From an uncultured Gammaproteobacteria bacterium (lineage in GTDB: Bacteria; Pseudomonadota; Gammaproteobacteria; Pseudomonadales; JAHEGP01), in the NCBI GenBank assembly GCA_963722805.1, contig CAVROQ010000023.1, positions 8,512-72,511 on the forward strand: a stretch of 64,000 nt of DNA, in the 5' to 3' direction. A model generated the notes under the pieces. It searched no databases. It was not told the origin of the DNA and worked only from the letters and a program-made list of their open reading frames with translations. Of the stretch, positions 19,391 through 27,793 are shown piece by piece. How positions within the stretch are numbered: position 1 is the stretch's first letter; each line of letters opens with the position of its first letter. The translations under genes and the position numbers were made by a program.

Positions 19391-20158
19391 TTAGCCGAAT
19401 TTACCCTCAATGTAGTCAAGCGTCTTCTGCTCCTTTACCTCGCCATTAAACAAGGCCTCGGTGTCACCAATTTCAACACAGCGACCATCAAGGAAGAAAG
19501 CCGTGCGATCCGCCAGACGCCTTGCCTGTTGTACCAGGTTGGTCACCAGAATAATGGTCATCTCGGACTTCAGCTCCTTGAGCACGTCCTCGATTCGCAT
19601 GGTGGTGACCGGGTCGACGGCGATAGAAAACTCGTCCAGCATCAATACCTCGGGGTTTTGCGACAGTGCCCGGGCAATGGTGAGTCGCTGCTGCTGGCCA
19701 CCGGAAAGCAGGCTCCCGAGGGAGTTCAGGCGATCGCCCACTTCGTCCCACAAGGCGGCACGACTGAGACAGCGCTCAACGATAATATCCAGGTCTTGTT
19801 TATTTTTTATTCCGGAAAGGCGCGGCGCCAGCGCTACATTGTCGTATATGGTCATCGGCAAGCCGACCGGCAGTGGAAAAACCACGCCGATCCGCTTGCG
19901 TAGCGCATAGATATTGTGCGCCTTGTGAACGTCGATATCACCAAAATGTATATCTCCTTTCACATGCATCCCGGTGGTAAAAATATCCATTCGATTAATG
20001 GCTTTGAGAAACGAGGTTTTACCGGCGTTGGCAGGACCGATAATGCCGAAAATCTCGTGCTCTCGCACATTCAGCGACACGCCTTCCAGGGCAGGTTCGC
20101 TGCCGTAATGAATGGAAAGGTCTTTGACTTCAATTTTGACCGGACGGCTGCTCACCAC
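19391..20158 (-). CDS. Second PstB-like ATPase (intact signature, degenerate Q-loop and H-loop)
   Basis: 255 aa. Walker A variant GPANAGKT, Q-loop position GVVFPLP (Q to P), signature LSGGQQQRL intact, Walker B LMLDEF, H-loop VTNL (H to N), C-terminal YIEGKFG. Confidence 0.8.
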   Translation of the reverse strand: MVSSRPVKIEVKDLSIHYGSEPALEGVSLNVREHEIFGIIGPANAGKTSFLKAINRMDIFTTGMHVKGDIHFGDIDVHKAHNIYALRKRIGVVFPLPVGLPMTIYDNVALAPRLSGIKNKQDLDIIVERCLSRAALWDEVGDRLNSLGSLLSGGQQQRLTIARALSQNPEVLMLDEFSIAVDPVTTMRIEDVLKELKSEMTIILVTNLVQQARRLADRTAFFLDGRCVEIGDTEALFNGEVKEQKTLDYIEGKFG

Positions 20159-21021
20159 TTTTTCTTCCCGCGCAGGTACATGCGAAAGGCAATCGATACA
20201 CTATTCATAAGTAACACCATTGCAATTAAAACTAAGGCTACACCATAAGGCAGGGCCTCGGGCACATTGGGTACCTGGGTCGAAACCACAAACAAATGCA
20301 GTGACAAAGCCATGGTCTGGTCGAACACGCTTTCGGGTAAAAACGGCAGGTAGAAGGCCGCCCCGGTAAACATAATCGGCGCGGTCTCTCCGGTAGTACG
20401 AGACACCTCAAGAATGACGCCGGTGAGAATGCCGCTGACCGCATTGGGCAGCACCACCTTGCGAATCGTCTGCCAGCGGGTTGCCCCCATATTCCAGCAA
20501 GCTTCCCGAAATGCATGGGGTACTGCCTGCAGGGATTCCCGGCTGGCAACAATGACCACCGGCAGCGTCATAATGGCCAGGGTCAGGCTGGCAGCCAGAA
20601 TGCTGGTGCCAAACTTGAAAAAGATAACGAAGGCTCCGACGCCAAACAATGCGTGTACAATCGAAGGCACCCCGGCCAGGTTGATAATGGCAAGGTTGAT
20701 CACCCGGGTTAACCAGTTGTCTGGCGCATACTCACTGAGGTAGATCGCCGCCGCAATGCCAATAGGAACAGACGCCAACAGTGCTACCGCCACCAACCAG
20801 ACGGTACCGAACAATGCCGGGAATATGCCTCCCGCGGTCATACCATCGGTGGGCACAGTAAAAAGAAAATCGGCGGATATAATGCCCCCACCTTTGTAAA
20901 CCAGGGTACCGACAATAATCAGAACCGGCAGAATCAATAAGCCGGTCATGGTCATGAAAAGCAGGCGGTATAGCCCCTGGGTACGCTGGTTGCGCTGATT
21001 TAATTCCGTTGCTGCAAACAT
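20152..21021 (-). CDS. pstA: Phosphate ABC transporter permease PstA
   Basis: 289 aa, six TM segments. EAA-type loop (LQAVPHAFREACWNMGATRWQTIRKVVLP). Overlaps the downstream ATPase gene. Confidence 0.85.
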   Translation of the reverse strand: MFAATELNQRNQRTQGLYRLLFMTMTGLLILPVLIIVGTLVYKGGGIISADFLFTVPTDGMTAGGIFPALFGTVWLVAVALLASVPIGIAAAIYLSEYAPDNWLTRVINLAIINLAGVPSIVHALFGVGAFVIFFKFGTSILAASLTLAIMTLPVVIVASRESLQAVPHAFREACWNMGATRWQTIRKVVLPNAVSGILTGVILEVSRTTGETAPIMFTGAAFYLPFLPESVFDQTMALSLHLFVVSTQVPNVPEALPYGVALVLIAMVLLMNSVSIAFRMYLRGKKKW

Positions 21022-21027
21022 AGCGGC

Positions 21028-21972
21028 TTAGCCCTTTTTTATGCCTTTAACGATAAGGTCGGCTGTCAGGTTGATCACAAAGGTGATCAGGAACAGGAAT
21101 ATACCGATGGTGAACAAGGCTCCGTAGTGCTCCGAGCCGACGGCGGTTTCTCCCAGCTCTGCGGCGATGGTCGCGGTTAGCGCCCGCACCGAATCAAAAA
21201 CACTGTGAGGAATATTGACCGAGTGTCCGGTCGCCATCAGCACCGCCATGGTCTCGCCAAATCCTCGTCCGACGCCGAGCAATACGGCACCGAGCAAGCC
21301 GTTGCGTGCCGCTGGCAACACCACCCGGGTTATCACTTGCCAGCGGGTTGCCCCCATGGCCTCGGCAGCTTCACGATAGGTGTCTGGCACTGCTTTGAGC
21401 GCATCCTCTGCAATGGATGCCATAATCGGCGCAGCCATCAGCCCAAGAATAATTCCCGCGTTGAGCACGTTCAGCCCAACCGGAACATCAAAGGTTTTAA
21501 TGATCAGTGGATTCATAATGGTTAGGCCGATAAAACCCCAGACCACTGAGGGTATTGCAGCCAGTAATTCGACCAGTACTTTCAGGTATTCGCGCTTTTT
21601 CCCGGAGGCAAATTCGCCGATGTAAACCGCTGCTCCAAGGGCAAAAGGTATCGCCACGATCATCGCCAGCCCGGTGACACTGGCGGTCCCGGCTATCAGT
21701 GCCAGAATGCCAAACTCGGGATCGTCCTCGTCACTGGGGAACCAATATTCCGTGGTAAAAAACTCCATGAAATCGAAGCGATCGGTGAGAAAGCCCATGC
21801 CCTCTTTGGTAATAAAGACGAAGATGCCGATAATAAAAATAATTGCCGAAATGCCACCGATAAAAACCAACGACTGCATCAATTTGTCGACGTACCAATC
21901 TGAGCCACGGCGATCGGCGTCGGGGTGTCGGATGGCGGGCCCGGACTTATCCATATCAGGAAGCGTCCTCAC
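21028..21972 (-). CDS. pstC: Phosphate ABC transporter permease PstC
   Basis: 314 aa. EAA-type loop (LKAVPDTYREAAEAMGATRWQVITRVVLP). An alternative start lies at 21954. Confidence 0.85.
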   Translation of the reverse strand: MRTLPDMDKSGPAIRHPDADRRGSDWYVDKLMQSLVFIGGISAIIFIIGIFVFITKEGMGFLTDRFDFMEFFTTEYWFPSDEDDPEFGILALIAGTASVTGLAMIVAIPFALGAAVYIGEFASGKKREYLKVLVELLAAIPSVVWGFIGLTIMNPLIIKTFDVPVGLNVLNAGIILGLMAAPIMASIAEDALKAVPDTYREAAEAMGATRWQVITRVVLPAARNGLLGAVLLGVGRGFGETMAVLMATGHSVNIPHSVFDSVRALTATIAAELGETAVGSEHYGALFTIGIFLFLITFVINLTADLIVKGIKKG

Positions 21973-23029
21973 CGCGCAAGTCGATCATCAGGTCCTTGAT
22001 ACGAACAGCCAGTTGGCGGTGCGCCGCTTCAAGCTGGGCGACATCAGCATTGGGTGGAACGTTGGCGATGTCCCAATCAAGCATGACCGTGTGAAATGGC
22101 GGATGCGATATCAGCTTTTGGGCCGCACCACCCAGGCCGACAATGACGTAGAAGTCGCCCAGCTCCGAGGTGGTAAAATCGAATTTTTTTGGTTTCCTTG
22201 AGCGCAGATCCTCACCCCGCTCCGCCATAAAATTTGCCATATTGGTTTGCATGACTGCTGCTGCTTCCACACCAGCACTGCTATACCTCCCGCTGTTGGG
22301 GAAATTTTTGCGGGCAATGGCTGCCGCTAATGGCGCCAGACAAGCGTCGTCATCATCGACAAACAGCACCTGGTACACTTTCTTCGCTTTGGTCTCGCCG
22401 GTGGCGAGAAACACTGTCTCCTCGCAGAGGTTTTTGGCCTGGTCCGCGATGCGTTCAAGGCGATGGTAGACCACAAAGATGGCGAACCGATCCTGCAATG
22501 GCCAGGTATGCTGGGGGTCGAGTAGATCTTCGAAAACGGCAGAAAAAGTAGTCTGCACGCCGTTGGCCATCTGCATGGTACCCTTTGCCAACTCGACATT
22601 GGACTCTTCGAAAGCCTGCACCGCCTGCTGCAGCACATGACGTGATTCCTGGGCCAGTAACTCAACCCCACGGGCTGCTGCGCCTTCGGGAGGCGCTGAC
22701 AGCTGGTAAATTTCCCGACAGATAGTTACCGCGTAATCGCCAATCCGCTCCAGCAATATATTGCTGCGAAAAATCGAGGATATCAGCCGCAGATGCCCAG
22801 CACTGGGAAGGTGGACCGCAATAAAACTGTGGCACAGGGAATCAAGGTCGCGCATCGCGCGATTGATATGACCGTCTGCCAGAATCGTACTGCTGGCCAA
22901 GTCCTTGTTGCCGGTAAGCAGTGCATGCACAGCATTCTCTACCGCCGTCTCGACCCGGCCTGCCATCAGCCTGACCTGCTCGCGAATATGCAACAGGTCG
23001 TTTTCCAATCGCTTCTCGTAGTGGGACAT
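21956..23029 (-). CDS. PhoU-domain protein fused to a degenerate LMW-PTP/ArsC-like domain
   Basis: Start ATG at 23029 (MSHYEKRLENDL). Two PhoU repeats with E-x3-D motifs (LLERIGDYA, RLERIADQAKN). The C-terminal ~135 aa align to the LMW phosphatase/ArsC fold (SAGVEA, VIVGLGG). The C-X5-R P-loop is replaced by VLFVDDDDACLAPLA. Confidence 0.7.
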   Translation of the reverse strand: MSHYEKRLENDLLHIREQVRLMAGRVETAVENAVHALLTGNKDLASSTILADGHINRAMRDLDSLCHSFIAVHLPSAGHLRLISSIFRSNILLERIGDYAVTICREIYQLSAPPEGAAARGVELLAQESRHVLQQAVQAFEESNVELAKGTMQMANGVQTTFSAVFEDLLDPQHTWPLQDRFAIFVVYHRLERIADQAKNLCEETVFLATGETKAKKVYQVLFVDDDDACLAPLAAAIARKNFPNSGRYSSAGVEAAAVMQTNMANFMAERGEDLRSRKPKKFDFTTSELGDFYVIVGLGGAAQKLISHPPFHTVMLDWDIANVPPNADVAQLEAAHRQLAVRIKDLMIDLRGEDAS

Positions 23030-23119
23030 AACTTTTACCGCTCTCCTGCCGCAGTGCCACCGGGACACTGGAGCTAATACAGCTCGGTCAAGCGGAGATT
23101 AAACCCCGCACTGCTGTTT

Positions 23120-23995
23120 TTATTCGCATGTAACCGCTGTGGCGGGTGCGTAACCTTTGTTGACAATGATGCACTGGCCGGTATCACTCATCACCCAATC
23201 AAGATAGGTCTTGATAGCACCCTGCGGCTCACCGTCGGTATACATGAACAGAGGCCGGGCAATGGGATAGCTGCGATCCACGGCGGTTGGTACACTCGGG
23301 CTCACACAAGTCTCCCCATCCGCCTTTTCGATACAAACCATCTTCACGTGATCGGTAGCGTAAGCGAGGCCGCTGTAACCGATGGCACAGGGCGTTTTTT
23401 CTATCAGCTCAACCACGTCCTTCGAACCGTGCATATCGAGGGTACCGGAGCGGTACTTGCCTTTTTTACCCAGCACCGCTTCCTGAAAATAGGCATAGGT
23501 GCCGGAATTATTCTGGCGGCTTACCACCACAATTTCATCGCTGTCGCAGCCGGGCACTGTAATCCCAAGGTCGGACCACTTCTCTGCCCCACCCTTGCGA
23601 CCGTAGATCGACTTCAACTGCGCGATGGACATGGTGGTGGCGGGATTGTCGGGATGCAGGAATACTGCCAATGCATCGTATCCCACCACGTGTTCAACCG
23701 GGTTCTGGCCGCGATCCTTCGCCTGCTTAATTTCACTTTCTTTCATGCTGCGGCTGGCATTCGCGATATCGACCGTACCATTGATCATGGCCGCGATTCC
23801 GGTTCCGGAGCCACCGCCCGATACCGCAATAGCAACATCCGAATCCACTTTCTGGTATTCCTCCGCCCAGGCCTGGGCAACATTAACCAGGGTATCTGAA
23901 CCCTTGTTCTGGATAACAGTGCGCGCCTGCGCCACGCCTGAAAATAGAACGGCAGTGCTTACCAAAATAGCGGGGATGAGATGGTGAGATTTCAC
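23120..23995 (-). CDS. pstS: PstS-family phosphate-binding periplasmic protein
   Basis: 291 aa. GTG start after AGGAG, signal peptide ending VAQA. KGSDTL and VSGGGSGTG..G.VDIA motifs are typical of PstS/SphX-type binding proteins. Confidence 0.85.
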   Translation of the reverse strand: MKSHHLIPAILVSTAVLFSGVAQARTVIQNKGSDTLVNVAQAWAEEYQKVDSDVAIAVSGGGSGTGIAAMINGTVDIANASRSMKESEIKQAKDRGQNPVEHVVGYDALAVFLHPDNPATTMSIAQLKSIYGRKGGAEKWSDLGITVPGCDSDEIVVVSRQNNSGTYAYFQEAVLGKKGKYRSGTLDMHGSKDVVELIEKTPCAIGYSGLAYATDHVKMVCIEKADGETCVSPSVPTAVDRSYPIARPLFMYTDGEPQGAIKTYLDWVMSDTGQCIIVNKGYAPATAVTCE

Positions 23996-24050
23996 GATAG
24001 TAGCTCCTGTAATAATTAGTTTCTATGTGGTTAAAAGAACACTAACCAAC

Positions 24051-24072
24051 ATTTATGACGCTTCTATTACAC
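24051..24072 (-). promoter_or_regulatory. Candidate Pho box upstream of pstS
   Basis: On the minus strand the sequence reads GTGTAAT-AGAA-GCGTCAT-AAAT. These are two 7-nt CTGTCAT-like direct repeats at 11-bp spacing, each 5/7 to consensus. They lie 56-77 nt upstream of the pstS start. Confidence 0.3.
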
Positions 24073-24113
24073 GTAAAAAAACATATTGACGAGGAGTTTG
24101 AGTCAGGAAATTC

Positions 24114-24477
24114 GTGTCCGGCCCGAATGGCACTTACTTAAGCGGATGTACCCCGGTGTGTTCGATCCGCGGTACGCCGTGAATCCCTCCCTGGAGGCTC
24201 GACTGCGGCATCCCTGCCGCAGACGCCCGCGGATCGAACACACCGGGGCTTGGCAAATCACTGTAGTGGCGTTAAGTCAGTGCCATTGGTGTCCGGCCCG
24301 AATGGCACTGACTTAAGCCGATTCGGGTGTCCATCGGCAGGACCTTCGCCGACATGGATGTCGGCGCAGAGCCCCCAGGGACGGGTTTACGGCGCGTCCT
24401 GACGGTGGACACCCGGAGCGGCGCTCTGAAAATCCTATGCTTTTCTCCTTAAGTAAGTGCCATTGGTGTCCGGCCCC
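24114..24477. repeat. Nested palindromic repeat complex: two mutually inverted ~160-bp hairpin units flanked by three direct copies of GGTGTCCGGCCC
   Basis: GTGTCCGGCCC occurs at 24114, 24289 and 24466. TIR-like arms AATGGCAC[T/G][T/A]ACTTAAG and their complements lie at 24126-24142, 24272-24287, 24301-24316 and 24449-24466. Unit 1 stem is 24151-24172 paired with 24227-24248 (22 bp, perfect). Unit 2 stem is 24325-24343 paired with 24396-24414. A central 16-bp perfect hairpin spans 24272-24316. Confidence 0.85.
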
Positions 24478-24784
24478 AGTTTTACGGCAGGTGACCCAGG
24501 ACTTTTCCGACCATGGATGGATTTTTATGAATACTAATTTCGCTCTACTAAACAAAAATTCAGCCCCGATAGAAATGATATACAGATCGTTTCAAAGCGC
24601 TTCTGATTGATCGATTTGCCGCAGCAGGTGTCGCACTAAGGAAACGAAAAGGTGTCCGCTTTTACGCGGCTAATTGCCGCAGGGCGCGGCTTTGAATTGG
24701 GTCTTAAGGACGGCCATCAAGTAAGGGAAACCTACTCGCTGCTGATGCAGGCCATGACCTTGCCGGGGCGGCGTGCTGCCGCGA

Positions 24785-25864
24785 CTATGCGTCTTTTTCC
24801 GACGGCCTAACGCCAAGCGTACTGAACAGGCCGATGTCCTTGAACAGCCGGCCGAGGATATCCGAGTCAGTGATAATGCGCTTTTCTTCGGCCCACAACA
24901 GGATAATACGAGGCGCAATCGGCGCGTCGGATTGTGCCGGTTGTTCACCCTTGAGTTGTGCGATCACCGAACCCAACCGGGCATTGGTGTCTGTCACCAC
25001 TATGGGGTGGTGGCAGTAGGCGAAGGGATCGACCGGCTTGTCACCGGCATTCAGAATGGCGCGCAGAAAATGATTACTATCCAGGGCCCACACCGGTTTA
25101 TTAGCTGTGTCTACCAGGATCAGCCAGCGATAGGGTATGGCAGCCACCCTGCGGGCAAAATCTTCTTCGCTACCCGAAGCAAACTCAGCGGCACCTGGAA
25201 ATACCGGACGGCCATCACGCAGTGGCAACTGCATAACACTCGCGGGCGCGACCAGTTCACCCTCATGCGCCAGGAGGGTGTCATCGAGGGCGAGAAAATT
25301 CAATGCACCAACACCTTCAACCGCATTGACGTCTGAATCGACCGCCATAATATGTTGCTCTATCAGGTGGCGCACTTCCTTTTCCCGCATGTATTCAATG
25401 CTGTCCTTGCCGAGCCAGGCGTCCAGTACCAGTGCTGAAGGTTTAGCAAGCACATAGAACACCCGCTGGTAAAAACGCAGCACCGGCGACAGCGCCGAGG
25501 CCATGCGCAGCGCGTTCCGGGAAAAGTAAGCCTGGGGCAGGATTTCGCCAAAAATGGTGATCGCAAAAGTGGAGAAGAGGAAAGCGACGAGCCCTACCAT
25601 CACCGAATTTGACAGCAGGGTTAGCAGTACATTGATGGCGACATTGCCCCACAATACAGTCGTTAGAAGAAAGTTTGAGTCTTTGCGCAACGCCATTACC
25701 CGGGCGGCCTGGCTATTGCCATTGGCCTGCTCAATTTCAAGCTGCAGACGGCTAATACTGAAAAACGCCAGATTCAAACCGGAGAACATCGCCGACTGGC
25801 TAATGCAAAAAATGATACCCAGCCAGATGAGGACGGGGCCCACCGACAAACTTGCTGATTCCAT
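24785..25864 (-). CDS. CNNM/DUF21 transmembrane domain + CBS-pair protein (CorC/HlyC-related putative divalent-cation efflux or regulator)
   Basis: Start ATG at 25864 after AGAGGA (MESASLSVGPVLIWLG). The DUF21-type N-terminus contains SAMFSGLNLAFFS and LLTTVLWGNV, followed by a CBS-like region. Confidence 0.7.
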   Translation of the reverse strand: MESASLSVGPVLIWLGIIFCISQSAMFSGLNLAFFSISRLQLEIEQANGNSQAARVMALRKDSNFLLTTVLWGNVAINVLLTLLSNSVMVGLVAFLFSTFAITIFGEILPQAYFSRNALRMASALSPVLRFYQRVFYVLAKPSALVLDAWLGKDSIEYMREKEVRHLIEQHIMAVDSDVNAVEGVGALNFLALDDTLLAHEGELVAPASVMQLPLRDGRPVFPGAAEFASGSEEDFARRVAAIPYRWLILVDTANKPVWALDSNHFLRAILNAGDKPVDPFAYCHHPIVVTDTNARLGSVIAQLKGEQPAQSDAPIAPRIILLWAEEKRIITDSDILGRLFKDIGLFSTLGVRPSEKDA

Positions 25865-26208
25865 GTTACTCGAGTCCTCTTTGGCGCTATAGCTCACGGC
25901 AAGAACCGCATTCGCGCCGAGGCAATGGAAAACCCCTGCCCAAAGACGCGGTATGCTTCGGGTATCGCTGGCCACAAGGCGATGCGGACCAGGGCATTGC
26001 CATGGCACTCCGGGCCGGTGCTGCGACTATGGCGGCAGCCCGAGTATACACGGTATGATTTCCCGGCTGCGATCGGCTAAATCAAGGTGCAGTTTGCTGG
26101 ATTCCCCAACAGACCGCGACTACGCTTTGATCAATGCTACAAGGCTCTAGCGCCAGCGGCTTACCGCCTTTACTATGTGCCGCAACAACCTATCCAGGCG
26201 TCACCTCC

Positions 26209-26985
26209 ATGCTATCTGAATTGTTCACCAATAATCCTGAAATCCTCGCCGCTATCATTGCACTGACAGGGTTTGTGCTGGCGGGTTTTGTGGCCAGGCA
26301 TACAGATCGATGGTTGATGAATCTGGAAAGCTATCTGCGCCGGCGAACACCGGATCGATTTGAACACGTAGATTTTCGGGTGCCGCGGCAAACCCTTCGC
26401 AGGGCGGCATATTTCGGCACGCTGGTCATATTCCTGATGTTCTCGCTGAATATTCTCGGTATTTCCGTGGTGAAGGTGTGGCTCAACCTGCTGCTGCATT
26501 ACATTCCCCAACTCATTCTGGCTGGCCTGATCATATTTTCCGGCTATCTGTTGAGCGTCATCGTTCGCAGTATGGTCGCCGGCATCATGGAAGTGAACTC
26601 AGATCACCTGCTGCCCCGTCTTGCGCAGTCGCTGATTATTACTGCGACAGTGTTTACAGGACTGGCTCAGCTATCCATCGATATCTCGTTCATCTGGCAC
26701 TTGCTGGTGATTCTACTGGTACTTTTCTTTGGTGGTCTATCACTGGCTTTCGCGTTGGGAAGCAGGCAACTGGTCGAAAACCTGTTGGCGCGACGGGCGC
26801 TGGACCATTACCGGGTTGGCGACCAGGTTCGCCTCAAGGGCGTGCAGGGCAGGATCACTGAGATACTCACCACTGCAGTTGTGCTGCATAGTGACGAGGG
26901 CACGATAACCGTGCCGACGGCGCTTTTCGCTGACTCGGAAGTGCTGCTGCTAAAAGAGGAAGGGCTGGATGACGATGCAGGCTGA
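26209..26985 (+). CDS. Small membrane protein with an MscS-like C-terminal beta-domain (putative mechanosensitive-channel family)
   Basis: Start ATG at 26209 (MLSELFTNNPEIL). About four TM helices, then YRVGDQVRLKGVQGRITEILTTAVVLHSDEGTITVPTALF, which resembles the MscS beta-domain. Tentative. Confidence 0.4.
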   Translation: MLSELFTNNPEILAAIIALTGFVLAGFVARHTDRWLMNLESYLRRRTPDRFEHVDFRVPRQTLRRAAYFGTLVIFLMFSLNILGISVVKVWLNLLLHYIPQLILAGLIIFSGYLLSVIVRSMVAGIMEVNSDHLLPRLAQSLIITATVFTGLAQLSIDISFIWHLLVILLVLFFGGLSLAFALGSRQLVENLLARRALDHYRVGDQVRLKGVQGRITEILTTAVVLHSDEGTITVPTALFADSEVLLLKEEGLDDDAG

Positions 26986-27793
26986 GCCGCACGATGCCTT
27001 GATACTGCAATTCGCTTCGTCCCGGCCGGAAGAGCTGGCAGGGCTGTTGGCGAACAGCAAGCTGCGGGAAATAGCCGAGCTTGTTACAAGTTTGCCAGTA
27101 GAGACTGCCGCCAAAGTTGTTGCGCGGCTGCCCAGTTGGCAGTTGAGCAGCCTGCTGGGGATACTCCAGCCTGAATTCATCTGCCGTATGTTGGTGGAGA
27201 CGGCAACCGATGATGCAGTCGCCATTGTGTCTCATTTGCACGAATCGCGTTACCCCGACATATTGTCGTCCAGCTCGGGCAAAGACCGAAGTTTACTACA
27301 ACATTTATTCGAGTTTCCCTCCAGCAGTCTGGCCAATCTGGTCACCACTAACTTTATCAGGGTCGGCGCGGATAAACTTTGCGCCGCGTTCTGTGAGCAG
27401 ATGTCGGAACGAGCAGACCCCCAACCTCGCCCCATCGTGGTTGTGGATCAGCACCGGAAATATCTCGGCATTTTGAATATCGACAGGGTGTATGCGCGCA
27501 GGAACGCTACCCGGACGGTGGGCGAAATTGCCATTCCGTTGGAAGCTCTGAGTGCCCTTACCGATGCTGCCACGGCCTTAACCTCAAGACTATGGTTGCA
27601 CCATACAGAGCTACCCGTGGTGGATGAGCGCCATCGACTGTTGGGAGTGGTCGGTAGAGCTTCGCTGCTGCGGGTTGTTGGACAGAGCGCGCCGACAGGT
27701 TTTACCCTCGAGCGCATAATATCCGAGCTTGCAGCCAGCTACATCGATATTTGTAGCAGGCTGATAGCAACGGTATTGGGGAAAGCACCTTGA
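26969..27793 (+). CDS. Stand-alone MgtE-type cytosolic module (MgtE N-domain + CBS pair, no membrane domain)
   Basis: 274 aa. MgtE_N-like helical repeats (EELAGLLANSKLREIAELVTSLPVETAAKVVARLP) then a CBS-like pair (PVVDERHRLLGVVGRASLLRV). No hydrophobic C-terminus. Overlaps both neighbours. Confidence 0.65.
   Translation: MTMQAEPHDALILQFASSRPEELAGLLANSKLREIAELVTSLPVETAAKVVARLPSWQLSSLLGILQPEFICRMLVETATDDAVAIVSHLHESRYPDILSSSSGKDRSLLQHLFEFPSSSLANLVTTNFIRVGADKLCAAFCEQMSERADPQPRPIVVVDQHRKYLGILNIDRVYARRNATRTVGEIAIPLEALSALTDAATALTSRLWLHHTELPVVDERHRLLGVVGRASLLRVVGQSAPTGFTLERIISELAASYIDICSRLIATVLGKAP

Noticed and set aside
24151-24248. tRNA-like GTTCGATCC / GGATCGAAC strings in repeat unit 1
   Set aside because: They form the two arms of one 22-bp hairpin. 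No cloverleaf, anticodon arm or acceptor stem can be drawn.
24086-24555. Two small ORFs (76 and 80 aa) sharing AVNPSL..LRHPCRRR
   Set aside because: Both lie entirely within the palindromic repeat complex. Their similarity is explained by the inverted DNA repeat core, and neither has an RBS.
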